A stretch of DNA of 64,000 bases from Ginglymostoma cirratum (GCA_024137785.1 JAHRHZ010000023.1:42799939-42863938); one strand, 5' to 3'. Shown: positions 11,450 to 24,815, counted from the stretch's first letter. Made by a program: numbers and translations. The notes: generated by a model from the letters alone, not told the origin.

Positions 11450-14325
11450 ATCCAACTGGCTCTAGGCTAATCGTGCCAGTCTTCTTCCTCTCCAACTCAC
11501 CTTTGCTGACCCTACGGACTCTATCTCTTATCACTCCTTTCTCTGTTCACTTGTGAGCATGGTGCTTGCCCCTGGGGATAGCTGAACCAACATCAAGGTC
11601 TGAACAGAAACCTGGCTGAGGGTCTTAACAATTCACCCTCTAATGAGACCACCCGCCCAACTACATCGTCTGTCCGTCGCTGGTCAGCAAAGATAGCCAT
11701 GGTGACACTGATCACCAGATCACCCTCGTCACCTCTCTTTCAAAATCATCATTCTATATCGGTCTCCAAAGTACTATAAAAAAAATTATCATTGAGATTT
11801 CTTCCCTCAACCTCTACCCTCAATCATCCCCAGTGATTTGCAAACTCCATCTCTGCTCATCATGTTCTCTGTCCTCTTGAGTTCTCCGCCCTCCTGTCCT
11901 CCTTAAATCTGTCCTCCCATGTAAGTTCCCCAACCCATAATCATGGGACACACCATTGACAATACTGTCTCATGTGGTCTTACCAGTCCCTCTGTATCAA
12001 TGACAGACCAGGCCATTTCCAATCACTATTCCTCCAGTGACAATTCTTTCCACTTTCAGTCCTGCGTCCATCCTTGAAAAATGCTATTTCTCAAACTCAC
12101 TTACAACTGCATTTGCAACACCCCAACTATTTAGCATTTGACACTTCATTTGTCCACAATATTTCTGCAGCTACTGCTTGACTCAACTGCATCCTCACCT
12201 CCAATTGATAGCCCAGTCCTCAAGAAATCATTCCTTCTTCCTCACACTGCTCATTCCTCTTGGTTTGACCCTGAACTTTGTTCCCTCAAGTTCAAAGGTC
12301 ATAGACAATAATGAAAATGGCAGACAACAGCATCTCACCATCACTGGATCACTTAACCTACTGCTGGATTCTGTTCTCATCTGCTCATATTGTTCAGCAT
12401 TCCAGGATCACCCTGGATTGCAAAAATTAATCTGCTTCTTTCTTAAACCCCTCTCCCTTCCACCAATCCATGTGAGGAGCTTGTGGATTTATTAGTCACC
12501 AAAATCAAGACCACCTGATCAGTGGCCTTTGCGTTGATTTCCCTACCTCCTCTCCCCCAAATACAGTCAGACCCAATTTCCTTTAAAAGTTCTTGCAGCC
12601 TTCCTCTGAATTCATATCTTCCCCTTGTCTTCCTCATATCTTTGCCTAGTCTCCCTCACGTCTCCTCTAGTCTCCCTCATATCTTCTCCTAGTTTCCTTC
12701 ATATCTTCCCCTAGTCGCCCTCATGTCTCCCCTAATCTCCCTCATGTTTCCCCTAATGCCAGCTTCAAACTCAATCTGTCTTGAGATCCACTTTTTGCTG
12801 CCTTAACTTGATCCACTCTAACCTGCTGGGCACCCAACCACGCGTGCACATCAGCTGATATAGTAAACGGTTCTCTTTCTTCTGGTGCTGTCTCTCTCAC
12901 CTTTCGATCTGCCGTCATTGACCCTCTCTTTGATAAGAACAACCCTTGACCCCTCCGCCCATGCAAAACATCAACCTTCCTTTCCTTTCCAAACCCCTGT
13001 TACATCTCAAATCCAAGTCCATCATTCCCACAGCCTCTGTATTTTCAGGTTTCCACCCTTGACACAGCAGGGCTCTTCTCAAAGTCACAAACGGCATCCC
13101 AAGTGACTGTGACAAAGGTAACCTTTCCTTCCTTATCCTTCTCGAGCTGCGTGTAGCCTTTGTCATGATCACCAACACCAGCCTTCTGCAAAGCCTCTCC
13201 ACTCTGAAGCTGGGCGTGACTGATCTCACCTGGTCACATTCCTATTTATTTGTCAGAGAATCACTTGCAATGACTTCTCTTGCATTTGCACCATTACCAG
13301 TGGTGCCCTTCCTATGATCTCTCCGCTTCCTGGTTCCCATCCACATTCTGGCCCTATGCTCCAAAAGCACAGTGTTCATACTGACACAGGTGCCGACACC
13401 ATTCCAGCTCAACCTGACCACCATCTCCCTTGGACCATCAACTCTTGCAAAATTATCCAACTGCTTATCTGACTTCCAGTACTGAAAAAGCAGAAATTTT
13501 CTCCAATTAAGTCTCATGAAAAATAAAGCCCTTGACTACGTTCCCTGCTCCAAACTTTGTTTCCTAGTTACTGAGTCCATCCCTCTCCCTGGCAATACTC
13601 GGAGGTTAACCAGTCTGTTCACAACTGTTGGTATCAGTATTTGACTCCAAGATGGGTTTCTGTCCACATATCTATGCCAACTTCAAGACCATGTAATTTC
13701 CCCTTTGTAACATTGCCTGACTTTACTCCTCCTCAGCTCATCTGCTGTTGAACTCCTCCATGAGTTCATTACCTCTGGACTTGACTATTCCAAGGCACTC
13801 TTGGCTGGTTTCACACACTACGCCCACCAACCTCAGATCATCCAAAACTCTGCTGCCCTTGTCTTAACTCACCCTAAGACCTCTGCACCTATCACGTCTG
13901 TGCAAGGTGACTTTAGTTTGACTGGGGCCCAATGGATCTCTTGATTGCAAAATTAGCATCCTTGTTTCAAATCCCTCCATGGCCTCATCCCTCCCTATTT
14001 CTGAAATCTCCAAACCCAAAATCCTTTCAGATATCTGATATCTAATCCCTGTCTTTTGAATATCTCCAGTTTAACTGCTCTAACATTGGCAGCTGTGCCT
14101 ACAGTTGCTTAGGTCCCTTGCTACTTTAATACTTTATCCACACCTCACTACCTCTCTATTTCATTTTCCTCCCTTCAGACACTACCTAACTTCAACTCCT
14201 TTGGCAAAATTTTCAAGCATCTCTCCTGGCATCTCCTGAAGCAGCTCAGTGTCAAATTTTGGTTCCTAACATTGCTTTGAAATGCCTCACTCTATTAAAG
14301 GTGATACACGAGTTGTTTGTGGTTG
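11450..14325 (+). mobile_element. Degenerate L2-clade LINE (ORF2 remnant plus tail)
   Basis: Remnant motifs TETWL (11604-11618, APE endonuclease), HEFITSGLDYSKALLAG (from 13759) and QIIQNSAA. The sense strand is pyrimidine-rich. Many stops and frameshifts. Confidence 0.8.
12612..12757. repeat. Minisatellite, ~21-22 bp unit (tcatatcttcccctagtctccc) x ~7, inside the L2 remnant
   Basis: Directly visible tandem units with substitutions. Confidence 0.85.
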
Positions 14326-14871
14326 AATATAAAAGATTTCAGGAAAAATAAATCACAAAGTTTAGTGGCAGTGGTGTTTACTTCCATTTCTCCTAAAATT
14401 ATCATCGGGCAAACAGCAAACACTGTGCTCCTTTTATAAGTGCAACACAATTAATCGAGACATAACAGTGAAATAGGAGAAGAACCTCATAAACATAAAC
14501 TATTCACAGCGTCAACTGCACCCTCCAGTCCCTGAGGGACCCAGTGGTTGGGGATGATCTCAAATATACTCACGGATGAGGCTTTGCTTCGCTGGGCCTG
14601 ACAAGATCCTTGGAACCACCAGAATTCTCACTCAAGGCAGGGCCATGTCCAATTGGGACTGGGGATCGTCACCTTGGCTGTGCCTGGTCTCAATGAGACT
14701 GAGGAGGAAGACTCGGCAACGTGGAAGCTCGCCCCCACACACCTCCACAGCCATCCTCGGCACTGGGGTGACCCTGTAGCTCAAACGCTCTAACGCATTC
14801 AACAATTACCACAGGAACAGAGAGGTCACCTGACTGAGTGACTGTTGAAGCCACGGCATTCATCATCTTAC

Positions 14872-16668
14872 CTTTCATGTTGTTCATAGACAGCGAGCGA
14901 TCTCTGTCAATCACGCCAGCTCCTGGTTTGCTGCTGTTGTCTTTCTGCCTGGCCACTGCCACTGCAATGCCCACAGGCGGATGCCTCACCTCCACCTCGC
15001 CCTGCATTGATTTGGCGCTCTCTGGCCTCTCTGGGTCTTTCTTCAGCTGTTTGCTGAGCTGCTGAATGGGTAGGTGCTGCACCTTTGATGTGCCGTGCTG
15101 ACCGGAGTCTGTCTTCACGTTTCCGAGTCCGCCGAACGGGCTCTTCTTGCCGCTTCCGGGCCGGCCCGCGGTCTCTTTGGCGAAGCTGCCGCTGTACTTG
15201 ATGAGGCTCTGCATGGCCGAGACCTCGCTGGGCGTGCCAGCCACGGCCGACCTCTGCAGGCCCGCGGGGTCCAGGAAGGTTTTCTTCTGTTCCTCGTCCG
15301 CTCTGCTGCTGTGGCCGTGCTGGGCAGCCAGCGCCGCCATCTGAGTGGTGGCGTAGGTGGCCATCTCGAATGGCTTCCATTTTGGCTCCGGGGTGCACGA
15401 GCGCTTCAGCTGGGACTGCTCCAAGTGCAGCCTGGTGATGTCCACCCCATTGAAAACCTTCGGGGAATCCTTCAAGCCGGCCCTCTGGGCTCGCTCACGC
15501 TCCTGGCTTCTGTGATCGACCTCAAAACTTGACCTCGCCGAGTCTTTCGACGGGGCGCCGCTCAAATGCAGGTCCCTGGTTTCCGAAGGACTGAGGCCTG
15601 GCTTGCTCAGGAACAGTTCGGAGGTCACTGGCCTCTTTATCGCTGAAGAGTTGGACCTAATCACTGAACCTTCCTCTCTCACATTGTCTACCCTTTTACT
15701 CTCTGTGTGTGCAGGCAGATCCTGTGTCACCACTAACTGGGAGGAATCCACCAGTGTCCTTTCTGAGGGGCACTGCAAACTGCCTGCTCTATCACTAGCC
15801 GCTCTGCTCATATCCTTGTCTTTACACTTGTCGCTCTTATTGTCTCTGGCCTGAGAAGCGATCTGAATAGGCCCGTTTCTGTTCTCATAAAACCCAACCG
15901 AAGGCACAAAGGTAGGTGCAATAACTTTATGTTCCTTTCCTGGCTCCCTGGCAGTGGGGTAGATTGTGTAGATACTGGAATGGACAGGAAGAGGAGGGAA
16001 TGTGCTCGAAGATGGCATCCGTGCTGTTTGAGAGGAGTGGGGTGACGGACAGCCGCAGGAAACGTGCAAAGTGCCTACCGAGGTCACCACAGTGTCACAC
16101 TTGCGCGTCTTTTCTGTGTGGGCGTGCAGCAGAGGTCGCATATTCTCGTCGTGCTTAGCAGAGTCTTTGGAACATCTGTCCTGTTCGGTGCTGGGGAGTC
16201 TCAGTGAGGAACTGGAGCCACTGTTACAATTGCTGAGAGACAGGGTCTGCAGAGGATTCTTCGACTTTGGCTCTCCATTCCCAGTTCCCCGGTTCGGAGA
16301 GTGATTGGTAAGAACCGTAGAGTGATGTTCACTGGCCTTGGCAGCCTTGTCAAGAAGGTAGATCCTCCTATCATTATCTGTCCTTCCATCTTGTGTGAGG
16401 TCCACCACACTCCTGGGCCGAGATTCTTCCCTGGACTTCTCCTTTTTAGCCATGTTTATGTTGACCTCAGTCCTGTATACTTTCTCTTTTGAGTCTTTCG
16501 CTGCATACCTCTCCGACTCTTTTGCGCTTTTCTGCAGATGACACATTTCCTTTTCTCTCAGGATTGAGCCTGACCCATGATTGGATGTCGTCCTGGAGAT
16601 GGCGGTTTGTGGGTGCGCAGCACCATGAAGGGCTGATTGTCCTGCGTGGCTGTGTAAGTAATATCCTT
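14872..16668 (-). CDS. TNRC18: TNRC18 large coding exon (1797 nt, 599 codons, phase 1-1)
   Basis: Core of the 689-aa ORF. Acceptor tttgttttcattccag|AAGGATAT, donor ATGAAAG|gtaaga. Contains the TNRC18 motifs VVDLTQ, HKVIAPTFVPSV, GPIQIASQARD, KWKPFEM, TQMAALAAQH, SAMQSLIKYSGSFA, GKKSPFGGLG, LKKDPERPESAK and EVRHPPVGIAVAVARQKD. Confidence 0.97.
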
Positions 16669-19600
16669 CTGGAATGAAAACAAACAGAGGAACGCATGTC
16701 AACGCATTGTCAAATGTCAGCAATGTTCCTTCGCCTTCTCTCGGTGTGTTGGTGCACAAGTAAGACTGGATGGGTCAGGGGCTTTCAGCTCTATGGCCTT
16801 TCATGGTGGACTTCTGACTAAACAGTCACTGAGCAGAAATGTGGGACGGAATTTACCCGAACTTGCTGGATGGTCATGATGTTTTGGGAGAGGGCCGCTA
16901 TAATCAGTCAGGCGTGCCTGTGTCCAATTCCTGACAGTCAGAAAACCGTACTGAATTTAGCGGGAGTGAGAGGGATGGTGCGGGGTCCTGTTGGCTTCTG
17001 GTGAGATATCAGGTGGTCTCATCAAAGGAGCACCTTTGGTAATTTGGCAACGGGAGGAGACCATTATAAGGGGACTTGTAAACTTGCTGCATCTAGTACC
17101 GTGGGTGAAATATTAAGGCCTCCTGCCCCGAGATGGTAGGGAATGACTTACCACCCATTCCTGCTGTCCTACTGATAAGGCAATAGGGGCCTAGCAATAG
17201 GTGGCAGCAGCATCTGCCTGAGTTATCCCTTTGAAAATGCAAACTAGGACCCTGTGTCACTTTAGGTCAGTCACACTCAGCTGCCTGTCCAGCTGGAAAG
17301 AAGGCCAAAGATCAGACCAAAGATTAGGCTTCCCCTCAAAACCAACGTGGCTGCCCAAAACTGGAAACCGTCATCGTCATTCTGCCAGCCTGGGGATTGT
17401 TAGTCAGCCTGAGGGATATTTTTGGCATCCCACAGGGTTGCAGCTGACCCCAAATTCATAATTCCTACCTGCTACCTGCTGGCTAAATGCCAATCAGACT
17501 TGGCCATTGAAGCAGACCAGATTACTCAGGGAGAGGAAAATGTCCAAAACGGGGATAGCAGCTCTGAGCAAAGTACCACAATGTAATGAAATACCACCTC
17601 CTGATCATGTGCACAATGTAGCATTGATCAATTTTCACTCTTTTAAAACTGTTGAGTTCCAACACAAAAAAAAGAGTAGAGACAACCTAATGGGGTCATG
17701 CACCCAGAGCTAGAAATTTAAATCCTTACTCACCTAACATTTGCTAGGGGTTCTACTAATTGGGAAGAATTCCATTCATATTCAGCTGAGCTACTCAATA
17801 CAATAGAGACAATCCCACTTTGCAAATTTCACTTTTTATCACGGCTTGGCATTGATCAATAGCCATAGATCAGGCTTACAGCCCGGATGATTCCGAGCTA
17901 AAGGATATTTAAAATATAGGATGCAGCTACCTCAAGCTTAATGTGGACCTCTTGTTAGACCCAGCACCTGTGCTTCGGTACAGAGGCATACAAATAGCTG
18001 GGTATCTATTTCCCAGCTTGTCAGATTTACCAGGAAAGCTCAGATTTAGTGCAGTCCTTTATCCTGGGATATACTGTAACAAATGACTAGCCAAGGAGAC
18101 CTTGTGTCCTCAAGCTGCATCGCCAACACTAAGTCAGTGATTGATGCAGTAGATTTGCTTTCATACTATCAGTTAGGTTTCTAATAAATCTCCTGTCAAT
18201 TTTGAGGCTTTGGGAAGAGAAGTGCAGTCAATTACAGAAAAAAAATCATACTTGATTGAAGTCTGCAGATGTACTCCAATGTCTTGTGTTGAGATCCGAA
18301 TCACTCTTCCTACTGTTTGTAGACATTGTGATCAAGACATAAAGGGTACAAACTGATCTGTGAGTGGCACCCGTTTATTGGGACTGAAACTGGTTAGCAG
18401 CCATGCCAATTTGGATAGTGTGGTCTGTTTAGGACTTAATCTCACTTCAGTTCATGGGGGTCTATTTGTTTTCAGTACCTTAATAGCCACCTAAAATGTG
18501 TGTGTTAGGCCCATTGTATCTGTAAATCAGAGGCCTAGCATTATCAAACAACCCCTTTCCTGGATTTGTTAGCAAGTAAGACAGTGGGTCTTTCAGCCGT
18601 GAATGAAAAGTCAATTTGTCTTTTTTCGAATGTAAACCTTTTCCTGAGGAACCAGGAAGGGTAATGACTACAAATCTACAGACATCAAAGCCCAGTTACT
18701 CCTATTAGGCCTTATCTAAGGTCAGCTGTCAGCCTAGTACTGGCCCAAAATTGGTTACAGCTTTGCTGCCAAAATACTTGGGGATGCACAGTAGGTGTCC
18801 TCTGTCTGTTGGTCTAAGTTAATTGAGGTCCAATTCTGGTCAGGCCTTAGGCCTACCCATTCCAGCAAAATGATTGCTACGTGCACTTACTTCCTGCCAC
18901 CAGGCATATTCTCAACCCTGTAAGATTCAAGTCCCTATAACACAAAAAAAACACTCTGCTTCAATTATCCATTCCTTCAATATTTGGGGAGTATAAATGA
19001 TATCATTTTAAAAACGTCACCTAAGGAGATCTACACAACATAGATTAATTTGGAGTGGAAACTGAAAGTACTGGAAATCCACAGCAGATTTATGAGGAAG
19101 ATAAATTAATCTCAAGGGGGCTAGTCAAAATGTTAACCAATCATTGTCTCTCCGCAACTGACCCATCTGCTTTGTCTTTACCATTTAATTATTTTTACGT
19201 GTTCATCCAATTTGTTTTTCTTGCTCCTCAGTATTACTGTCTGCAAAATGTGCATTTTGATTCAGTAGCAAAATGGGAAAAGAAAATATGTTTAGTGAAG
19301 ACAAACTAATATTGGGTGCATTAGTGTCTTAATTTGGAAAGTAAAATGCAGATGAGTAGACATCTCAAAGCGAATATTTCACAGCAAAGGGAACGGTACA
19401 ATTCTAGATGGATTTGCACGTCATTTATAGTACAGTTTGCTATGAAGTCAGGTTCTGTAAAGGCAAATTGAAACATTCCCGAGCAAGATACCTTAACGGA
19501 TCATGGCATGTGCTCCTACTGTGAAACAATCAGAGGTCTGTTTTCCAAAACATCAATGCTCTGTTCAATTTCCCTGACTCCTATTCCCCAAGATCAGCAA

Positions 19601-20370
19601 GGAGGCTCCCCAGGATATCAATCTAACGTTGCAATCCATATCATTCGACCCTGGCTGCTTACATTGACGAGATTTCAAAGGTCACAAAAGAACTGGAACA
19701 TTATGACCCATTTGATTATGCGTAAAGCTTTCGACTTCCAACTTTACATTCTTCACTTCCATTCTAAGCGTACAGTTAAATAATTCCTTGTTAAAGGGAT
19801 TCAATTGGCTTGATATGCTTCTTCATATATTTACTATCTCTAAATGGAAAAGGTCTGTAGGTTTACAGGACTGGTCTACCAGTTATTTGCTTGATCCTTC
19901 CAATTAAATCTACAACTGCAAGAGCTGCCTAACAGCAACATAATCCATGACGTGCAGCATTTCAGTATCAAGATTGCCACCTCTTTCAGTCTGTCTTCCT
20001 TGAATGAAAGTGACTTTTCATCCTTCACTATGAATAAGCATTCCAGATGTCTGTCATTTTATTAATCTACTGTAGTTAGTCCATTGCTAGGTGGACCAAA
20101 GCTTCTTAAAATACTGACATCAGTTCCGTCTGACTGTCTGCCTGACTAAAATAATTAACCAGCCGTGAAGGATACTGTTTATCGCGTTATGTGACCAAAT
20201 GGGATTGGTTACAGATGACATTGAGCAAGTGGTCGGGCTCCATTATGCTGTCATTCCAGAGCAATCCAGAATTAAAGCACCAAGGCTTTAGTTTCCCAAT
20301 ATGAGAATAGCTCAATGGACCAAAGAGGCAAAGAATGGAGTGGATGGGTCAACACAGAACAGGCACTGAC

Positions 20371-20496
20371 CTTTCTGAGACTCGAACAGGCTGTGCTGGC
20401 TGAGTTGAGCTAGAATTGGACTGCCGCTGCTTGGGTGTTCCAAATGCCCAAGTGGAATATAAGGAGGGTAAAGACCACTGGACAGGTGCGAGTAAC
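20371..20496 (-). CDS. TNRC18: TNRC18 internal coding exon (126 nt, phase 1-1; equivalent to human exon 4)
   Basis: Acceptor ttcacttttgcag|, donor AAAG|gtcagt. Translates GYSHLSSGLYPPYIPLGHLEHPSSGSPILAQLSQHSLFESQK, similar to recalled human GFSHLPSGLYPSYLHLNHLEPPSSGSPLLSQLGQPSIFDTQK. Confidence 0.95.
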
Positions 20497-20614
20497 CTGC
20501 AAAAGTGAAGGACAACATTTTACACTCACATCAGACGGTACACTTGCACAAATACCTTCACAAGCAGAGTAAATTCCTGGTCATATCCTTTTTTAATAGT
20601 AAAGGGAAGAAAAT

Positions 20615-21000
20615 GAATTCAACTTATGTTGCATCTTGCACAGTCTCAGGATATTGCAAAGTGCTTTGTAGCCTACGAAGTACTTTGGAAGTCCAGTTAC
20701 TGTTGTAACATAGCACGGCAGCTATTTTGCACACACCAAAACTCCCACACATAACAATCTGATAATGATGAGGTCATCTTGTTTCATGACATTGGCTGAA
20801 GGATAAATATTGGCTAGGATACTGGGGAGACCTCCCTCAATTGTACTTTGAAACACTGCTACGAACCTTCTACATCCATCCAAGAGGACAAGCAAGGTCT
20901 TGGTTTAACATCTCATTGAAAACACAGCACTGCGGCACTTCATCAGTACTGCACCACTGGGGAATGTGTGCTCGAAGTCTTCCAACTTGGATTGTTTGGG
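20615..21000 (-). mobile_element. DeuSINE (SacSINE1-like) decayed copy
   Basis: Reverse-complement similarity to 1165-1578 (caaagtgctttgtagcc...gaagtactttggaagt; gataaatattggctaggatactgggg; tcagtactgcaccactgg). Confidence 0.6.
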
Positions 21001-21174
21001 GAAGTTGTGATGACTGCAATATTTTCACCACTAAATTGTGTTTGTGCGGTGAAACAAAAGATCTTGTTCATTAATTCGAAACAAAACAATGTAGAATGTT
21101 TGAATTTTTTGGCAGTCACTTCATTTTAAAATTAAATTGTGATAGAAAGCCATTGGATAAAGCAATCAGAAGCA

Positions 21175-21520
21175 AGAATCATAGAAACCCTACAGTGCGG
21201 AAACAGGCCATTTGGCCCATCAAGTCCACACCAATCTTCCAAACAGCATTCCACCCAGACCCACCCCACTATCCCCATAACCCTACATTTCCCATGGCTA
21301 ATCCACCTAGCCTGCACATCCCTGGATACTATGGACAATTTGCCACCTCCAATCCACTTAACCTGAACATATTTGTACTGTGGGAGGAAACCGGAGCACC
21401 TGGAGGAAACCCATGCAGGCACAGGGAGAACGTGCAAACTCCACACAGATAGTTGACTCAGAATCGAACCCGGGACCCTGGCGCTATGAGGTACCAATGC
21501 TAACGACTGAGTCATCTCAC
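21175..21520 (-). mobile_element. HE1-like tRNA-derived V-SINE
   Basis: Minus-strand tRNA-like head with B box GGTTCGATTC (21461-21470). V-domain gtgtggagtttgcacgttctccctgtg...gggtttcctccaggtgctccggtttcctcccacag. Internal duplication and a CR1-type tail atgggccaaatggcctgtttcc...tctatgattc. Confidence 0.85.
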
Positions 21521-21859
21521 TGAAAATATAACTCTTCAGAATGTTTGCTGTCGTAGAATAATTGGATATCGTGGCTTCCAAAAGCTGCTTAATTGAATGG
21601 TTTGGGGCTGGGGGAAGGGGGACAAACTTGAATCAATGAAGCAGATAATTTGCAAATTGTTCTCTTCACGTGCACATGGCAATCAAATTAACATGGACGC
21701 TGTTTGTTAATATAAATTAGGCACTTTGTCAAAGCTGCCAATAGACTGTGCCAATATCGGTAGTGGATGCCAGATGAAGAAGGGTGGGTGGGGTACAAGA
21801 AGGGGCTAAACGTTCAAAGGTCAGGTCACTGGGTTTAGACGAGTCATAGCAAAGGTCAG

Positions 21860-22220
21860 AGAAAATGTTTGATATCAACCCATCTCCAAAGCTAGGTGCG
21901 AGGAAGACAGGATGGATAAAGGATAAACTTTTTCAATTGGTTGGGGATTCTAGAATGGGATGGGGGGTATAGTTTCGAGTATTAGGGCCAAACCATTCCA
22001 GGGAGACGCTAGGAAGCACTTTTGTACTCAGAGGGTGGCGGATGTTTGCAATTTTCTTCCACAAGTTGTTAATTTTAAATCTGAGAACGATAAACTTTTG
22101 TCAAGCAAAGGTATTCCAAAGGCCGGTATATCGAGATAGGCTACAGATCAGCCATGGTCTCAGTGAATGGTGGAACAGGCTCTGACAGGCTGAATGGTCT
22201 ACGCCTGTTCCTATGTTCCC
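21860..22220 (+). mobile_element. CR1 LINE 3' fragment
   Basis: Remnant DRMDK.DKLFQLVGDSR...DARKHFCTQRVADVCNFLP. Tail ggctgaatggtctacgcctgttcctatgttcc. Confidence 0.7.
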
Positions 22221-22569
22221 AAGACTCAACAGAGACCCAGCAGTAAGCTGAAAAATCTACCTTGTTAGTTCACAGAGAACCAACGCTTCCTCATAAACAA
22301 GAGCTGAAGCAAGTTTTTGTTGATCTACTTTTGCCTTTCAAAGATGAAATTGTTTGAGTGACAGCTTAAGCAACAACCAGCCTCACCACGCACATTAATA
22401 ACTCCACACATGACGGAAGCTTGCCAGTGCTCACTCAAAAGATTCCATGTGCCAAACAAGGTTGACAGCTGAATCCAGCCAACTTGCAGCAGGAAGCTGT
22501 AGAAAGCCTCAGGGGGTTCTGGTTCTGAGAAGCATAAGTCGCTGGAGAGTTCTCAGAATTTTATAAACC

Positions 22570-23072
22570 TAATGGTTAGGCCTCAACCAAAGGTACTGCG
22601 TCCAATTCTGGGCAACACACTTTAGGAAGGATGTCAAAACCTTGGAAAAGGAAAGGGAAAGACTTACTAGGACAGTACCAGGCAAGCGAGACGAGGCGGG
22701 TGACAAGATTTTTCTTCCCTTAGGACAGGGCAAATTCAATGTAGATTTAATAGAGCGGGTCAAAATTACATGGGACTTTGGTAAGAGCAAATAGGGAAAA
22801 ATATCTTACACTGACAGAAGGATGGGTAACCAGAGGTTCACAGATTTAAGAGATCTGGCAATAGGGGCAGAGGAAGATGAGAAGGGGATTTTTTTTAACA
22901 ACCCAGAAAGCCCTGCCTGAAAAGGTGCAAGAAGCAACCTCCTTCAGAACTTGCAAAGAGGTTTCGGAAATGAAAAATGTGCGGCCTTTTGTTTGTAGGG
23001 TATGGACAGCTCTTTCAAAACACCAGGTCCGACACAATGGGCCGATGGTCTCCTTTGTTATAGTGTTCTGTG
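22570..23072 (+). mobile_element. CR1 LINE 3' fragment
   Basis: Remnant YCVQFWATHFRKDVKTLEK...TRTVPG. Tail cacaatgggccgatggtctcctttgt. Confidence 0.75.
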
Positions 23073-24189
23073 AAAGAGCTTTAAATGTCTTCATTCAATA
23101 TTCAGAACAAATGAAACTGCAGCTGAGTTAACTGCAAGTAGGATGTCATATCTGTATCAATTAAAGACATTGTTCGGTCAGCAAGTAAGTGGATAATTGG
23201 TCCATGGACAAATGAAAGTAGGGCAGGGGTATAAGTAGCTGTCCCACTCAGAAAAGGATGGTGTATTCTGTGGCAAAAGTGATAGGATTAAATACACGGT
23301 GCACTAGTTTAAGTATTGCACCCTGGTACACCCTGAAAACTGTTCTCTATCAAGTGCATGCTCAAAACCATGATATTCTTCCACACACCACACTTTCCAT
23401 TGCCCGAGCTGCAACAGAGAAAATAATTCCACAAACTGAGGCTCCAAGATGAGCCCAGGTTTTTCTTTTAACTACAAAAACAAACATGCAGCAAGTTTGA
23501 CTTGAGGTTCCTTCGGGACTGTGTGGTCTAACATCATGCATATACACCCAATTAAAAGCCCCCCCTTCCCCCCATGACTGCTCTGCTCTGTCAGGTTCTT
23601 TTAACTCTTGTATAACAATAACCCAGCCCCCAGGCAAATACGAGGTTCTCTGTACAGCGAAGCTGTAACAGGCATCAAATATGTCACATCTGCTTACTGA
23701 GATATCCCTCACAACCACTCAGGGTAGACTTATTCACTCTCCTGTTAATAAAGGAAATATCCTTACAAATTAGCATATGCCCGAATATTCCGTGAAAGGA
23801 GATGATGTAGCAGCCAGTGGCCACATAAAACTTCCCTGGAAAAGAAAATCCATTTCTCTCATGACATTAGCTTAATTCCCCAAGTGCAGGTTGTAAATCA
23901 TAGTGTGCCAGATGTTTCACATTGTGCTATACCATGTCACACAAATCAGCAGCGCAGGAAGGCAACTACGGGGTCTGCAGTTCTGCTAATGATTTTAAAG
24001 CTCCCCCGATTAAATACTAATTTAAAGAGGCCTGATCATCTGGGAGAGTGCTTTGCAAATACAGGCGTTGACCGGTGTGTCATCTGTCCCTGCCAATTTC
24101 TTTCTGCTCATCTATCAAGGGAGGCTGCTCTTGTCACCTGCTGCACAGTGTCACCCAAGTAGTTTTGTTTTGGGGTAGATAACAGCTGT

Positions 24190-24815
24190 ATTTTAGAATC
24201 ACGGAAAGAGACCATTCAGCTCATCATGCCTGTGCCTGAGCTTTGCAAATTAGTCCCATTGCCCATGCTCTTTCTCCATCTCCCTGGGAATCAGTTGCTT
24301 CTCAGTGCATGCGTTTGCACGTGGAGTGGGAGAAGCAAATAGCGAAGATGCATTGAAGGGGAAGCTAAATAAGGGAGAAAGGTATGGAAGGGTATGTTGA
24401 TAGGGTTGATGAACAGGAGTGAGAGGTGACCAGCATAAAGCAATTGGACTGAATGGTCTGTTTCACTGTTGTAAACTCTAAGTAGCTGTATGCAAGTAAT
24501 TCTTCAATTCACTTTTGAAAATTACTTTTGAATCTGCTGGCATCACCCTATCAGATGACACTTTACAGATCGTAATGACTTGCTGAGAAAAATTAAGAAA
24601 TTCTCATCTTTGATGCTTTTGCCAATTATTTAAATCTGCTGGTTACCAATACACCTGCTAGAGGAACAAGCCTTTCTGCTTACCTGTGGTAACAAAACCA
24701 CCCCTCGTTTTGCCCACCTAAATCTCCTTTTATCTGGTCTGAGCAGAACAATTCCACTTTCTCCTGTCATGCTGCCTAACTGGAGTTCCTTATCCCTGTA
24801 ACTGTTTTGGTCTGA
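24190..24815 (-). mobile_element. Decayed CR1 3' fragment(s)
   Basis: Reversed tail tagaatcacgg...ccattcagctcatcatgcctgtgcc and patchy reversed RT C-terminus. A plus-strand tail piece appears inserted near 24330-24485. Confidence 0.45.

Noticed and set aside
14838-16697. Many overlapping short ORFs on both strands of the large exon
   Set aside because: Shadow ORFs expected from GC-rich coding sequence. No independent signals.
14690-16759. 689-aa ORF as a single-exon gene
   Set aside because: Similarity to TNRC18 is bounded by canonical splice sites at 16668 and 14872. The flanks are intron read-through.
21440-21520. tRNA gene
   Set aside because: The A/B boxes belong to a SINE head and continue directly into the V-domain. 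No cloverleaf acceptor stem.
22385-22550. Minus-strand SSDLCFSEPEP resembling exon-3 PSDLSFRSPTP
   Set aside because: The similarity is limited to a few residues, there is no QLWAxHAHE, and no suitable acceptor is present.
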